In this document: one piece after another, positions 35,691 to 45,704 of the stretch
Layout of the letters: each line of letters begins with the position of its first letter
Position numbering within the stretch: position 1 is the first letter of the stretch
Assembly (NCBI GenBank): GCA_964636045.1
Contig: CAZWRH010000001.1
Location: forward strand, 1 to 48,248
Source of the DNA: an uncultured Gammaproteobacteria bacterium
Lineage (GTDB): Bacteria; Patescibacteriota; Microgenomatia; UBA1406; HO2-37-13b
Direction of reading: 5' to 3'
Length of the DNA stretch: 48,248 nucleotides
Position numbers and translations under genes: made by a program
Notes under the pieces: model-generated
What the model saw: only the letters and a program-made list of their open reading frames with translations
Databases searched by the model: none
What the model was told of the DNA's origin: nothing

Positions 35691-36049
35691 TATTTAGCTT
35701 CAGATGTGGCAGTTTTTGCCTCACTTGTTGCTTTTTTGATTGGGGTTACTATTATCGTTGGAGAAGGTGACGCGATCTTTGCTTCTGGGGTAGATTTTTT
35801 TATTGTGCTTGGTGTTGGTGTAGATAAAACTTCTTCCTCTTCGGTTGTATTTGGGATAATAACCTCTTCATTTTGAGGTTCTTCAATAATAGGTGGTTGA
35901 TTCTTTTTTTGAATATAAATAAATAAAATTACTGAAAAAATAGCTGCAACTATTGTTAAAGCAACTAACAAATAATAATTCATATTAGAAGAATTCTTAT
36001 TTGGATTTTTTATCTTTTCTAAATCAATTGGTGTAAAATTTTTTTCCAT
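35690..36049 (-). CDS. Single-pass membrane protein with a Pro/Thr/Glu-rich extracytoplasmic tail (tandem ATSEAK)
   Basis: 119 aa with a TM helix at about aa 25-47. Its start is 1 nt after the AAA+ gene's stop, and its own stop overlaps the next start (TAATG). Confidence 0.5.
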   Translation of the reverse strand: MEKNFTPIDLEKIKNPNKNSSNMNYYLLVALTIVAAIFSVILFIYIQKKNQPPIIEEPQNEEVIIPNTTEEEEVLSTPTPSTIKKSTPEAKIASPSPTIIVTPIKKATSEAKTATSEAK

Positions 36050-36050
36050 A

Positions 36051-39000
36051 TTATATTTCTTTATTATTAGTGCTTAAACATTTAGGACAAATAATCGTTG
36101 AATTTTTTACTATTTCAGTTTCAAAGTTGTTTTGACATTTTTCACATTGAAATTTCTTTATAATTTTATTTTGCATTTTTTTATCAGAAAATTCAAGCTT
36201 TTCAATATTAAATATAAAATGTTCTCCTTCAAAATCTAAATTTATCTGATCTGATTCTTCAAGTTTTTTTTCAATGATTAGAGTTGATATTGGGTTTTCA
36301 ATCAAATTTTGGATAGTTCTTTTTAGTGGTCTAGCACCATAAATTGGATCAAATCCAACCCTAACAACCTCTTTAATTGCATTCTCTTTATAGTTGAATC
36401 CGATATTTTGTTCTTCAAGTAATTTTTTTAAGCCTTTTAATTGAAGATCAACAATCTTTGTCATGTGTTGATATTTTAATGGTTCAAAAATAATTACTTC
36501 ATCAAATCTATTAATAAGTTCTGGTTTAAAAAATTTTCTAAGTTCCAACATTACTTTGCTTTTCATATTTGAATAAGTATTATTTTCAAGTTCGACTTCT
36601 TTTTTCTTTTTTTGTTCAAGTTCTTTTTCAAGAGGAAAATCTTTTCCAAAATATTCTTTAAGTAAACTCATTTTGAAGTTTTCTTCATTAATTTTTCTTA
36701 TCCAAATCTTTTCTCCTGCGATTATATATTCATTTCCAGATGGATCAAAGGTGTGAATGTCCCAATAATTAAATGGTAAATTCAAATCTTCTTTATTTTT
36801 AAAATAATTTTTTAAAGTACCAGTTTCCCAATCATTTTGACCTTCTTTTCTTTTCCAATATCTATCTTTAAAAGTGATAATTTCATATTCATCCGCAGTA
36901 AATGTATGGGTTTTTAGTTTTGCAGTTGGTAGCTGTTCATCAGGTGAGTCTGGCATAGCATTAACTACAACAGAATCTTTAAAATATTCAATTAGATTAA
37001 TAGTTTTCCATATTTTTGAAGTGGTAGACGATCTTATATATGCAATTTCTTTTAATGTAATTATTTCAATTCCTTTTTGAGAAATTGCGTGAGTGTCAAA
37101 ACCAGAAATTGGAAAGCTATAATTTGAATCTTCAATTTTTTCTCCAGCAAAATAATCATAAAGCATTTTACTTTGCCATGTTGTTGTTTTTGTTGAATCT
37201 AAATTTGGTTGTTTTTCAAAAATTTTATTTATGATTGTTAACATTTCTCTTCCTCGAGGTGAGAAAGTATATGTTGATAAGATAGTTGGTTCTTCAATTT
37301 CAACTTTCCCAGTTTTTAAAATTTCATCTTGAATAAGTGTACTTCCTATATTTGAAGTACAAATAATTACTGTATTTTTAAAAGAAATAGTTCTTCCTTT
37401 ATTATCTGTTAGTCGTCCATCATCAAGTATTTGAAGAAGGATATTAAAAATATCTGGATGAGCTTTTTCTACCTCGTCAAATAAAACAACAGAGTAAGGT
37501 TTTCTTCTAACTGATTCGGTAAGTTTTCCACCTTCATCATATCCAACATATCCAGGAGGTGCACCAAGTAATTTAGCAACTTCATGTTTTTCCATGTATT
37601 CAGTCATATCAAGCCTTACAATAGCTTCTTCCTGGCCAAATAATATTTCTGCTAAGGTTTTAGCAAGTTCTGTTTTACCAACTCCAGTAGGTCCCATGAA
37701 AACAAAACTTCCGATTGGTTTTTGAGTATTTTTAAGTCCAGCACGTCCTCTTCTAACAGCTTGTGCTACTGCTGAAACTGCAACTTCTTGATTAATAAGT
37801 CTTTCATGCATAATATCTTCAAGCTTTGCAAGTTTTTCAGTTTCTGAATCAGAAATTTTTGTGACTGGTATACCAGTCCAACGACTAACAATATCTTTAA
37901 TAATCTCAACACTAACAGATGAAGTTGTCTGACCTTTTTTTATTTTAAATTCTTCTTGTTTTTGATTTAACACTACTTGTAAATCGTCGATTTTTGGTTG
38001 AAGAATTCCAATTTTAACTTTATTTAGTGCTTTTTGAGCTTCTTGAAGTTCTTGTTTATATTCAGAAAGTCTTTCTTCAGTACTTCTTATTTCTTCAGGT
38101 AAAGAAATAAGTGGCAATCTAACAGCTGCTGCAGATTCATCAATTAAATCAACTGCTTTATCAGGTAAAAACCTATCTCCAACATACCTTTTTGATAATT
38201 TGACAGCTGCTTCAAGGGTATCATCAGGAATTTTTACCCGATGATATGATTCGTATTTGTCTCTTGTTGCTTTAAGCATTTTTATTGCTTGCTCTTCGGT
38301 AGGTTCAGGAACTAAAACTGGTTGGAATCGTCTCTCTAATGCTGCATCTTTTTCAATATATTTTCTATATTCTGTTAAAGTTGTTGCTCCAATTATTTGA
38401 AGTTCTCCTCTAGCGAGTGAAGGTTTTAAAAAATTTGAAGCATCAAGCGTTCCTTCAGCACCTGCTCCAGCTCCTACTAAATTATGAATTTCATCTATAA
38501 ATAAAATTATTTTTCCTTTTGCATTTTTAACTTCTTCGATTAATGACTTCATTCTTTCTTCAAATTCACCTCGATGAGAAGTACCGGCTAAAACGCTCAT
38601 TAAATCAAGTTGTAATATTTTTTTATCAAGCAATGATTCTGGAACTTCTTTTTTTACAATTTTTTGAGCTAATCCTTCAACTATAGCTGTTTTTCCAACT
38701 CCAGCTTCTCCAACTAAGACAGGATTATTCTTAGTTCTTCTTGATAGATTGTGAATAACTCTTTCAATAACATCCGATCTTTCAACAACAGGATCAAGAA
38801 GTCCTTGTTGAGCCTTTTGAGTTAAGTCGTTTGTAAATAATTCTAAAACACTTTTTTTCTTTTCTTTTTCTTCACCATTTACTCCTTCTTTTTTACCTGT
38901 AATTTTTTTATTTAATTCTTCTTTTTTTATACCGAGTTTAACCAAGATGTTAGCGGCAACACCTTCTTGTTCTTCAAAAAGTGACAATAAAATATGTTCT

Positions 39001-39569
39001 GGAGAAATAAATTCAAAACCCATTTTTCTAGCAGTAACAAGTGCTTTATCTAAAATTCTTTTAACTCTTGGTGATGGCTGTGGGTTGGTTGGTGCGGTTC
39101 CTTTTTTATAAATTTTATCTAGTTCTTGATCAATTATTTGAGGTTGTATTTTAATATCAACAAAAAATTTATATATTTCTGGATCAGTTAATAGTCCATG
39201 AAGCAAATGCTCAGTATCAACAAAATCATTTTGAAGATCTTTAGCTTTATTTTGAGCTATAACAAATACTTTATTGGATCGTTGTGTAAAATGAGTCATT
39301 AGATCAAGATCTGGTGCTTGAGGTGTTTTTTGAACAGGAGTCTCTTTTTTTTCTGTAGCAACAATTGGAGTCTCTTTTTTTTCTTCTTCTTCAATAAAAT
39401 GTGCTGTATTCAAATTGTTAGTTGATTTTTGAGTTACCTCAGCAACTTCTTCTTTAATAACAACTTTTTCATCTTGTTTGATGTCTGGCGGATTATTAGA
39501 AACAGCTGTTACTGGTTGATTTGGAGATGGGTTTTTAGAATTTGAAAACATATCAAAAATACCTGCCAT
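36051..39569 (-). CDS. Atypical ClpB/ClpC-family double-ring AAA+ unfoldase: disordered N-tail, Clp_N repeats, D1, short M-domain, D2 with a ~240-aa four-repeat insertion, C-terminal zinc ribbon
   Basis: Clp_N repeats are present (...TEHLLHGLL..., ...[10 protein letters not shown]...). D1 has Walker A GEAGVGKT and Walker [10 protein letters not shown]2 has [37 protein letters not shown] and the pore loop GYVGY, plus GARPLKR sensor-2. The preferred start is ATG 39569 (MAGIFDMF...). The track start at 39605 is a TTG that coincides with a TTGACA -35 box. Confidence 0.9.
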   Translation of the reverse strand: MAGIFDMFSNSKNPSPNQPVTAVSNNPPDIKQDEKVVIKEEVAEVTQKSTNNLNTAHFIEEEEKKETPIVATEKKETPVQKTPQAPDLDLMTHFTQRSNKVFVIAQNKAKDLQNDFVDTEHLLHGLLTDPEIYKFFVDIKIQPQIIDQELDKIYKKGTAPTNPQPSPRVKRILDKALVTARKMGFEFISPEHILLSLFEEQEGVAANILVKLGIKKEELNKKITGKKEGVNGEEKEKKKSVLELFTNDLTQKAQQGLLDPVVERSDVIERVIHNLSRRTKNNPVLVGEAGVGKTAIVEGLAQKIVKKEVPESLLDKKILQLDLMSVLAGTSHRGEFEERMKSLIEEVKNAKGKIILFIDEIHNLVGAGAGAEGTLDASNFLKPSLARGELQIIGATTLTEYRKYIEKDAALERRFQPVLVPEPTEEQAIKMLKATRDKYESYHRVKIPDDTLEAAVKLSKRYVGDRFLPDKAVDLIDESAAAVRLPLISLPEEIRSTEERLSEYKQELQEAQKALNKVKIGILQPKIDDLQVVLNQKQEEFKIKKGQTTSSVSVEIIKDIVSRWTGIPVTKISDSETEKLAKLEDIMHERLINQEVAVSAVAQAVRRGRAGLKNTQKPIGSFVFMGPTGVGKTELAKTLAEILFGQEEAIVRLDMTEYMEKHEVAKLLGAPPGYVGYDEGGKLTESVRRKPYSVVLFDEVEKAHPDIFNILLQILDDGRLTDNKGRTISFKNTVIICTSNIGSTLIQDEILKTGKVEIEEPTILSTYTFSPRGREMLTIINKIFEKQPNLDSTKTTTWQSKMLYDYFAGEKIEDSNYSFPISGFDTHAISQKGIEIITLKEIAYIRSSTTSKIWKTINLIEYFKDSVVVNAMPDSPDEQLPTAKLKTHTFTADEYEIITFKDRYWKRKEGQNDWETGTLKNYFKNKEDLNLPFNYWDIHTFDPSGNEYIIAGEKIWIRKINEENFKMSLLKEYFGKDFPLEKELEQKKKKEVELENNTYSNMKSKVMLELRKFFKPELINRFDEVIIFEPLKYQHMTKIVDLQLKGLKKLLEEQNIGFNYKENAIKEVVRVGFDPIYGARPLKRTIQNLIENPISTLIIEKKLEESDQINLDFEGEHFIFNIEKLEFSDKKMQNKIIKKFQCEKCQNNFETEIVKNSTIICPKCLSTNNKEI

Positions 39570-39576
39570 AATTTTC

Positions 39577-39605
39577 ATTATTAAAAAAATAAAAACATTT
39601 GTCAA
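39577..39605 (-). promoter_or_regulatory. Promoter TTGACA-17-AATAAT, 7 nt before the AAA+ gene ATG (39569)
   Basis: On the minus strand, TTGACA lies at 39605..39600, followed by a 17-nt spacer. AATAAT lies at 39582..39577, followed by gaaaatt and the ATG. Confidence 0.55.
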
Positions 39606-39627
39606 TTAAGTAGTTTTTATTTATTAT
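39599..39627 (+). promoter_or_regulatory. Promoter TTGTCA-17-TATTAT, 7 nt before the ATG at 39635
   Basis: On the plus strand, TTGTCA lies at 39599-39604, followed by a 17-nt spacer. TATTAT lies at 39622-39627, followed by tagtaat and the ATG. Confidence 0.55.
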
Positions 39628-39634
39628 TAGTAAT

Positions 39635-40375
39635 ATGAAATTTAGTAGGGGAATAATAATTTTTATATTTGTTTTTTTATTTTTAACTAAAATTTCAAAT
39701 CCAGTTTTTGCAGAAACTTCTTCTTTGCAAAACTCAAATTCTGCAAGTTATTTTGATATTTTTTATGATTTAATAAAAAAACTTTTAACTTTTTCTACAG
39801 ATGACTTAAATAGCGAAACTACCACGTCAAGTTCTGTGGGAGGTGGTGGAGCAGGAGCTTCTCGAAGCTGGGATCCATTACCAAATATTGATGGAAATAC
39901 TTTGGAGCAAAACAAAGCATTAGCTGAACAAATTTTGGCAAATTCTAATATAGATTTAAATTGTTATACTGATAGTTGTGGTCATAGTTCAGCTGAAGTA
40001 ATTTCTTCTTTAAAAAATGGTCAAGCACCTGTTATTTGTTCTGGGGGTTGTTCAAATTGTGCTGCTGGAGGACCTTCTGGATCAACAACAATGAATCCAA
40101 AAGTTTTGCAAGGAATTTTAGAAGTTGGTAAAACTGATTCTATTTGTATAACTGCTTTATCTAATGGAGTTCATAGTGTTGGAAGTACTCATTATGATGG
40201 AAATGCAGTTGATATTGATGCAGGAGGAAAAAGCGCTGGAGATTTGCAAAGAATTAGAAATCAATTACAAAGTTATTGTGGTTGGGCTATTTGTGAGCCT
40301 CCAGGAGGAGGATCTGATCCAAGTTGTTCAACTGCAAGTCATATTCATTGGACTTGTGCACCTGGTGGTGATTAA
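39635..40375 (+). CDS. Secreted Cys-rich LAS/M15-type peptidoglycan peptidase (VanY/D-Ala-D-Ala carboxypeptidase-like fold)
   Basis: Signal peptide ending ...NPVFA|ET, the S-x-H-x-x-G-x-A-x-D motif as STHYDGNAVD, a downstream H-x-H (SHIHW), and 10 Cys. Confidence 0.6.
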   Translation: MKFSRGIIIFIFVFLFLTKISNPVFAETSSLQNSNSASYFDIFYDLIKKLLTFSTDDLNSETTTSSSVGGGGAGASRSWDPLPNIDGNTLEQNKALAEQILANSNIDLNCYTDSCGHSSAEVISSLKNGQAPVICSGGCSNCAAGGPSGSTTMNPKVLQGILEVGKTDSICITALSNGVHSVGSTHYDGNAVDIDAGGKSAGDLQRIRNQLQSYCGWAICEPPGGGSDPSCSTASHIHWTCAPGGD

Positions 40376-40380
40376 TTTTT

Positions 40381-41223
40381 ATGAGAAAAATTTTGTTTAT
40401 TTTAATTATATTTGCTTCAATTTTGGGAAATTCTGTTTTTGCTGTAGAAACAAGCAATGGTCAAGTGAATCAAAATGCTGTTGGAGTTTTTATAGATTTT
40501 TTAAATAAATTTCTAAATGCTCCTGCTGAAAATGATGATGTTGGTTCAAATTCACAAAATAAAACAAATGGATTGTCTCCTTTTGCAGGATCTGTTACTG
40601 ATATTAATCAATTAATATCTCCAGACACAATGTCTCCTGAGGCGGCAAATATGATGGGTGCAGTTGCAGGGTGTATTAATAATAGAGCCGCTTATGAAGA
40701 GGCAAGTAGATATACAGGGGCACCTTGGCAAGTTTTAGCAGGTATTCACTATCGAGAAGGAAATTGTAATCCAAATGCTTCTTTAGTATCAGGGCGGCCA
40801 ATCGGAGAAGCGGAGCCTGACATGGAGTATAACTGTTCGTCTGCAATTGAAAATGGTTTAGCTATTCCAGTTAATGGTGGTTGTGGCTTTGCCACTTTAA
40901 CACAAAGTGCAATTTATGCGGCTAGACATTTAATTGATAAGATTGGTAAAGTTCCTCAATCTTTTGAAGAGTTAGGAACTGCATTATCAAGATATAATGG
41001 AGGAGGAAATTCTAATTGTGGGAAGACGCCTTATCCATATTGTCCTCCAGCTTTTTCTGGTGATGACGATCCATATCCAATGGCGCTTTTGGATGAAAAA
41101 CACAAAACAATGTACGTTATATATTGTGAAGATGGGGTAGCAAATACTGCCGGATGTCCAAGAGTTGATCAAAATCCTGGAGTATTAACAGCTATTTCTC
41201 TTATATCATTTGCAACAAAATAA
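40381..41223 (+). CDS. Secreted Cys-rich lysozyme-like / SLT-like lytic transglycosylase candidate
   Basis: Signal peptide ending ...NSVFA|VE; WQVLAGIHYREGNCNPNAS (an SLT-like catalytic-Glu context) and ...AARHLIDKIG...LGTALSRYNGGG (an SLT-like AYNAG region). Confidence 0.45.
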   Translation: MRKILFILIIFASILGNSVFAVETSNGQVNQNAVGVFIDFLNKFLNAPAENDDVGSNSQNKTNGLSPFAGSVTDINQLISPDTMSPEAANMMGAVAGCINNRAAYEEASRYTGAPWQVLAGIHYREGNCNPNASLVSGRPIGEAEPDMEYNCSSAIENGLAIPVNGGCGFATLTQSAIYAARHLIDKIGKVPQSFEELGTALSRYNGGGNSNCGKTPYPYCPPAFSGDDDPYPMALLDEKHKTMYVIYCEDGVANTAGCPRVDQNPGVLTAISLISFATK

Positions 41224-41224
41224 A

Positions 41225-41830
41225 ATGGAAAAACTAGATGATAAAAAAGTTTTTATAATCTTTTCAGTATCAATTGTTTTAATGATGCTTTTAATTCTAT
41301 TTTTTTCTATTAATACTAAAAAAATAAATGTTGCTAACAATGAAGAGTCTCAATCTGAATCAAATGTAAAAAAAGACTATTTAGCCGAACAAAGAAATAA
41401 AAACGCTAATTTACCAATGCCTATAAAAAATATTCCTACACTTTCAGTAAGTGAAGGAAAAGGAGTTGATATAGCCTCAGATGAAGTTGTTTCTTCGAAA
41501 ACAGAAATTTCTAAATTATCAGAAAAATTACCTTTTAATAAAAAAATTACTACTTCTAAAGGATTATCTATTGAGATTATGATTCCAGAACAAAAGCTTC
41601 AAGATAATGATTTTTCATTGACAGTTTATATATTTGGTATTAATTATGAGGTTGAAAATGATTCTCGAGATTACCTTATTCAAAAAGTTTCTTTTCAAGA
41701 AGGAGCAAAAGAAGTGTTTAGTTTTTTAAAGCAAAATAATATTGACGTTACAAACTTAATAGTAAGATGGGGAGATAGAAAAAAAATTCGGGATAAAGCA
41801 GAGAATTGGCTTTTAGAGAGCGTAATGTAA
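41225..41830 (+). CDS. Membrane-anchored hypothetical protein (N-terminal TM, extracytoplasmic domain)
   Basis: ORF with an ATG at 41225 (MEKLDDKKVFIIFSVSIVLMMLLILFF...). The track start at 41210 is a TTG inside the previous gene. Confidence 0.55.
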   Translation: MEKLDDKKVFIIFSVSIVLMMLLILFFSINTKKINVANNEESQSESNVKKDYLAEQRNKNANLPMPIKNIPTLSVSEGKGVDIASDEVVSSKTEISKLSEKLPFNKKITTSKGLSIEIMIPEQKLQDNDFSLTVYIFGINYEVENDSRDYLIQKVSFQEGAKEVFSFLKQNNIDVTNLIVRWGDRKKIRDKAENWLLESVM

Positions 41831-41870
41831 AATTGAGAATTAATTAAAAATTTGTTATATTTATAAAACT

Positions 41871-42335
41871 ATGGAACAAATAAATGGAGTAATGATAAAA
41901 AAACTTGTAAGAAACAAAGATGAAAGAGGTTTCTTTGAAGAGATAATTAGAGTTACTGATGATTTTTTTAAAGAAGGTTTTGGACAATTCGCATACTCTC
42001 ATATGCATCAAGGCGTTATAAAAGCATGGCATGTTCACAAAACTCAAATAGATTGGTGGTATGTTGCTGAAGGTACATGTAAAGTTGCGTTATACGATAC
42101 TAGAGAAGATTCTTCAACAAAAGAGATATTAAATGAATTTATTATTGGAGAGCATGGGGAGGATATTGTTATTAAAATACCAGCTGGAGTAGCTCATGGT
42201 ATAAAAGCAATTGGAGGACCAGCTAAACTATTTTATATAACTTCAGGAGTTTATAATCCAGATGAGGAAGGAAGAATTGTTTATAACGATCCAAAAATTA
42301 ATTACGATTGGTTAAAATTACCTCCAATAAAATAA
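41871..42335 (+). CDS. Cupin-fold sugar-nucleotide epimerase/isomerase (dTDP-4-dehydrorhamnose 3,5-epimerase-related, short form)
   Basis: DERGFFEEI..., ...KAWHVHKTQIDWWYVAEGTCKVALYD..., ...IPAGVAHG.... It lies immediately upstream of rmlB. Confidence 0.6.
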   Translation: MEQINGVMIKKLVRNKDERGFFEEIIRVTDDFFKEGFGQFAYSHMHQGVIKAWHVHKTQIDWWYVAEGTCKVALYDTREDSSTKEILNEFIIGEHGEDIVIKIPAGVAHGIKAIGGPAKLFYITSGVYNPDEEGRIVYNDPKINYDWLKLPPIK

Positions 42336-42337
42336 TT

Positions 42338-43309
42338 ATGAGAATATTAGTAACAGGAGGAGCAGGTTTTATCGGATCAAATTTTATTCTATATTGGTTA
42401 AAAAATAATCCAAATGATCAGATAGTAAATCTTGATAAACTGACCTATTGTGGTAATCTTGAAAATTTACAATCAATTGAAAATAATCCAAACTATCGAT
42501 TTGTAAAAGGAGATATTTGTGACAGAGGTTTAGTTGATTCATTAATTAAAGAGACGGATTTGGTAGTTCATTTTGCTGCAGAAAGTCATGTTGATAGGTC
42601 AATCTCTGATCCTTCTCCATTTATTAATACTAATATTCTAGGAACCTATACTTTACTTGAATCTGCAGTTAAGAATAATTTAAAAAGATTTCATCATATT
42701 TCAACTGATGAAGTTTTCGGTGCACTAGATATTAATTCTAAAGAAAAATTTACTGAAAATACAAAATATGATCCACACAGCCCATACTCTGCTTCAAAAG
42801 CCTCATCAGACCATTTAGTTAGGGCTTATTTTGATACATATAAACTTCCTGTTACAATATCAAATTGTTCAAATAATTTTGGACCATATCAATTTCCAGA
42901 AAAGCTTATTCCACTTGCAATAACAAACTTAATAGAAGGTAAAAAAATTCCAGTTTATGGAGATGGATTATATGTTAGAGATTGGCTTTATGTTGAAGAT
43001 CATGTTAAAGCCGTTGAGATTATCTTAAAAAAAGGAACAGTTGGAGAAACTTATTTAATTGGTGGATTAACAGAAGACATTCCAAATATTGAGATTGCAA
43101 AAAGGATTTTAAAAATAATGGGTAAAGGAGAGGATTTTATTGAATACGTAACTGATCGTCCAGGACATGATAGGAGATATAGTGTTGATTGGAGCAATAT
43201 AAATAAAAAATTTGGATGGTCTCCTGAATTTGATTTTGATACTTATCTTGAAAAAACAATTGAGTGGTATAAAAACAATGAAAGTTGGTGGAAAAAACTT
43301 AAAAAATAA
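42338..43309 (+). CDS. rfbB: dTDP-glucose 4,6-dehydratase
   Basis: MRILVTGGAGFIGSNF (Rossmann fold), HFAAESHVDRS, STDEVFG, and the catalytic YSASKASSDHLV (YxxxK) motif. The ATG at 42338 is preferred. Confidence 0.92.
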   Translation: MRILVTGGAGFIGSNFILYWLKNNPNDQIVNLDKLTYCGNLENLQSIENNPNYRFVKGDICDRGLVDSLIKETDLVVHFAAESHVDRSISDPSPFINTNILGTYTLLESAVKNNLKRFHHISTDEVFGALDINSKEKFTENTKYDPHSPYSASKASSDHLVRAYFDTYKLPVTISNCSNNFGPYQFPEKLIPLAITNLIEGKKIPVYGDGLYVRDWLYVEDHVKAVEIILKKGTVGETYLIGGLTEDIPNIEIAKRILKIMGKGEDFIEYVTDRPGHDRRYSVDWSNINKKFGWSPEFDFDTYLEKTIEWYKNNESWWKKLKK

Positions 43310-43314
43310 ATATT

Positions 43315-43950
43315 TTAAGGAATAGAAATTATTTTTTTTATATAAACTTTACTTATTGTCGTTTTTTTTCCATTAGCTCCAACAGCTTCAATGATTACTG
43401 GGTTTTTTTCGTTATATAAAGATATTGTTGTCTCAAAAGTATTATCATTTTTTAGATATACTCTTTCATTATTTACATTAATTATTGTTTCTTTATCAGT
43501 TTTTCCAATAAGTGTTATTTTATCTTGGTTTTTAAATAACGTTTCTTTTGGCTGAATTATTTCTAAATTTGGTGGAGTAAGATAAAGTTTTATTTGATAA
43601 AAAAAGAATAAAACAAAAATAATAAAAATTAATGAAATAGTTTTCTGAAAAAACTTTCTAATTTGAGGAATTAAATAATTGTTTTTTATTCCTTCATTAA
43701 ATTTTAAATCTTCTTTTTTTTCATATTCTCTTCTAAAAAAAGCGACTAATTTATCTTCTTTGAGATTTAAAAACTTTGCATAAGTTTTAATTATGCCAAT
43801 AATGTAAGTCTTTGATGAAAAAACTTTCCAATCTTCGTTTTCAACAGCTTCTAAATTTTTTTTCCTAATTTTAGTTGCTTTTTCAATATCGACTATTGTT
43901 AGTTTTTTATTTAATCTTTCTCTTTTTAAAATTTCTCCAACTGTAAGCAT
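43315..43950 (-). CDS. rodZ: RodZ-like cytoskeleton-associated protein (HTH + TM + C-terminal beta domain)
   Basis: N-terminal Xre-type HTH GEILKRERLNKKLTIVDIEKATKIRKKNLEAVENEDW, a central TM helix, and a C-terminal beta-rich domain. Confidence 0.65.
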   Translation of the reverse strand: MLTVGEILKRERLNKKLTIVDIEKATKIRKKNLEAVENEDWKVFSSKTYIIGIIKTYAKFLNLKEDKLVAFFRREYEKKEDLKFNEGIKNNYLIPQIRKFFQKTISLIFIIFVLFFFYQIKLYLTPPNLEIIQPKETLFKNQDKITLIGKTDKETIINVNNERVYLKNDNTFETTISLYNEKNPVIIEAVGANGKKTTISKVYIKKIISIP

Positions 43951-43974
43951 AATATTATAGTGATTTAGTATATC

Positions 43975-44005
43975 AAAAAAAGCGCTCTCTTATTTAGAGA
44001 GCGCT
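43975..44005 (-). terminator. Rho-independent terminator after groEL
   Basis: 9-bp stem agcgctctc/gagagcgct with a 7-nt loop. On the minus strand it is followed by a T-run (plus-strand A6 at 43975-43980). Confidence 0.8.
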
Positions 44006-44023
44006 TTTAAATAATTCTTTTTT

Positions 44024-45694
<1,671 letters not shown>

Positions 45695-45704
45695 TTAATA
45701 AAAT

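Noticed and set aside
39337-39384. 18-nt perfect direct repeat (ggagtctcttttttttct at 39337-39354 and 39367-39384)
   Set aside because: It lies inside the Clp gene and simply encodes the duplicated peptide EKKETP in the disordered N-terminal tail. It is not a regulatory or CRISPR-like repeat.
39570-39605. Upstream TTG (39605) or ATG (39578) as the start of the Clp-type gene
   Set aside because: The TTG is the first half of a perfect TTGACA -35 hexamer, and the ATG at 39578 lies within the predicted -10 box. The ATG at 39569 fits the recurring -10 + 7 nt leaderless geometry. This remains unproven without N-terminal data.
40164-40508. 114-aa plus-strand ORF spanning the junction of the two secreted hydrolase genes
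   Set aside because: It is out of frame with both better-supported genes, each of which has its own signal peptide and catalytic motifs, and it has no start context of its own.
41844-42047. 67-aa minus-strand ORF overlapping the start of the rmlC-like gene
   Set aside because: It is antisense to a gene with clear cupin/epimerase motifs and has no signals of its own.
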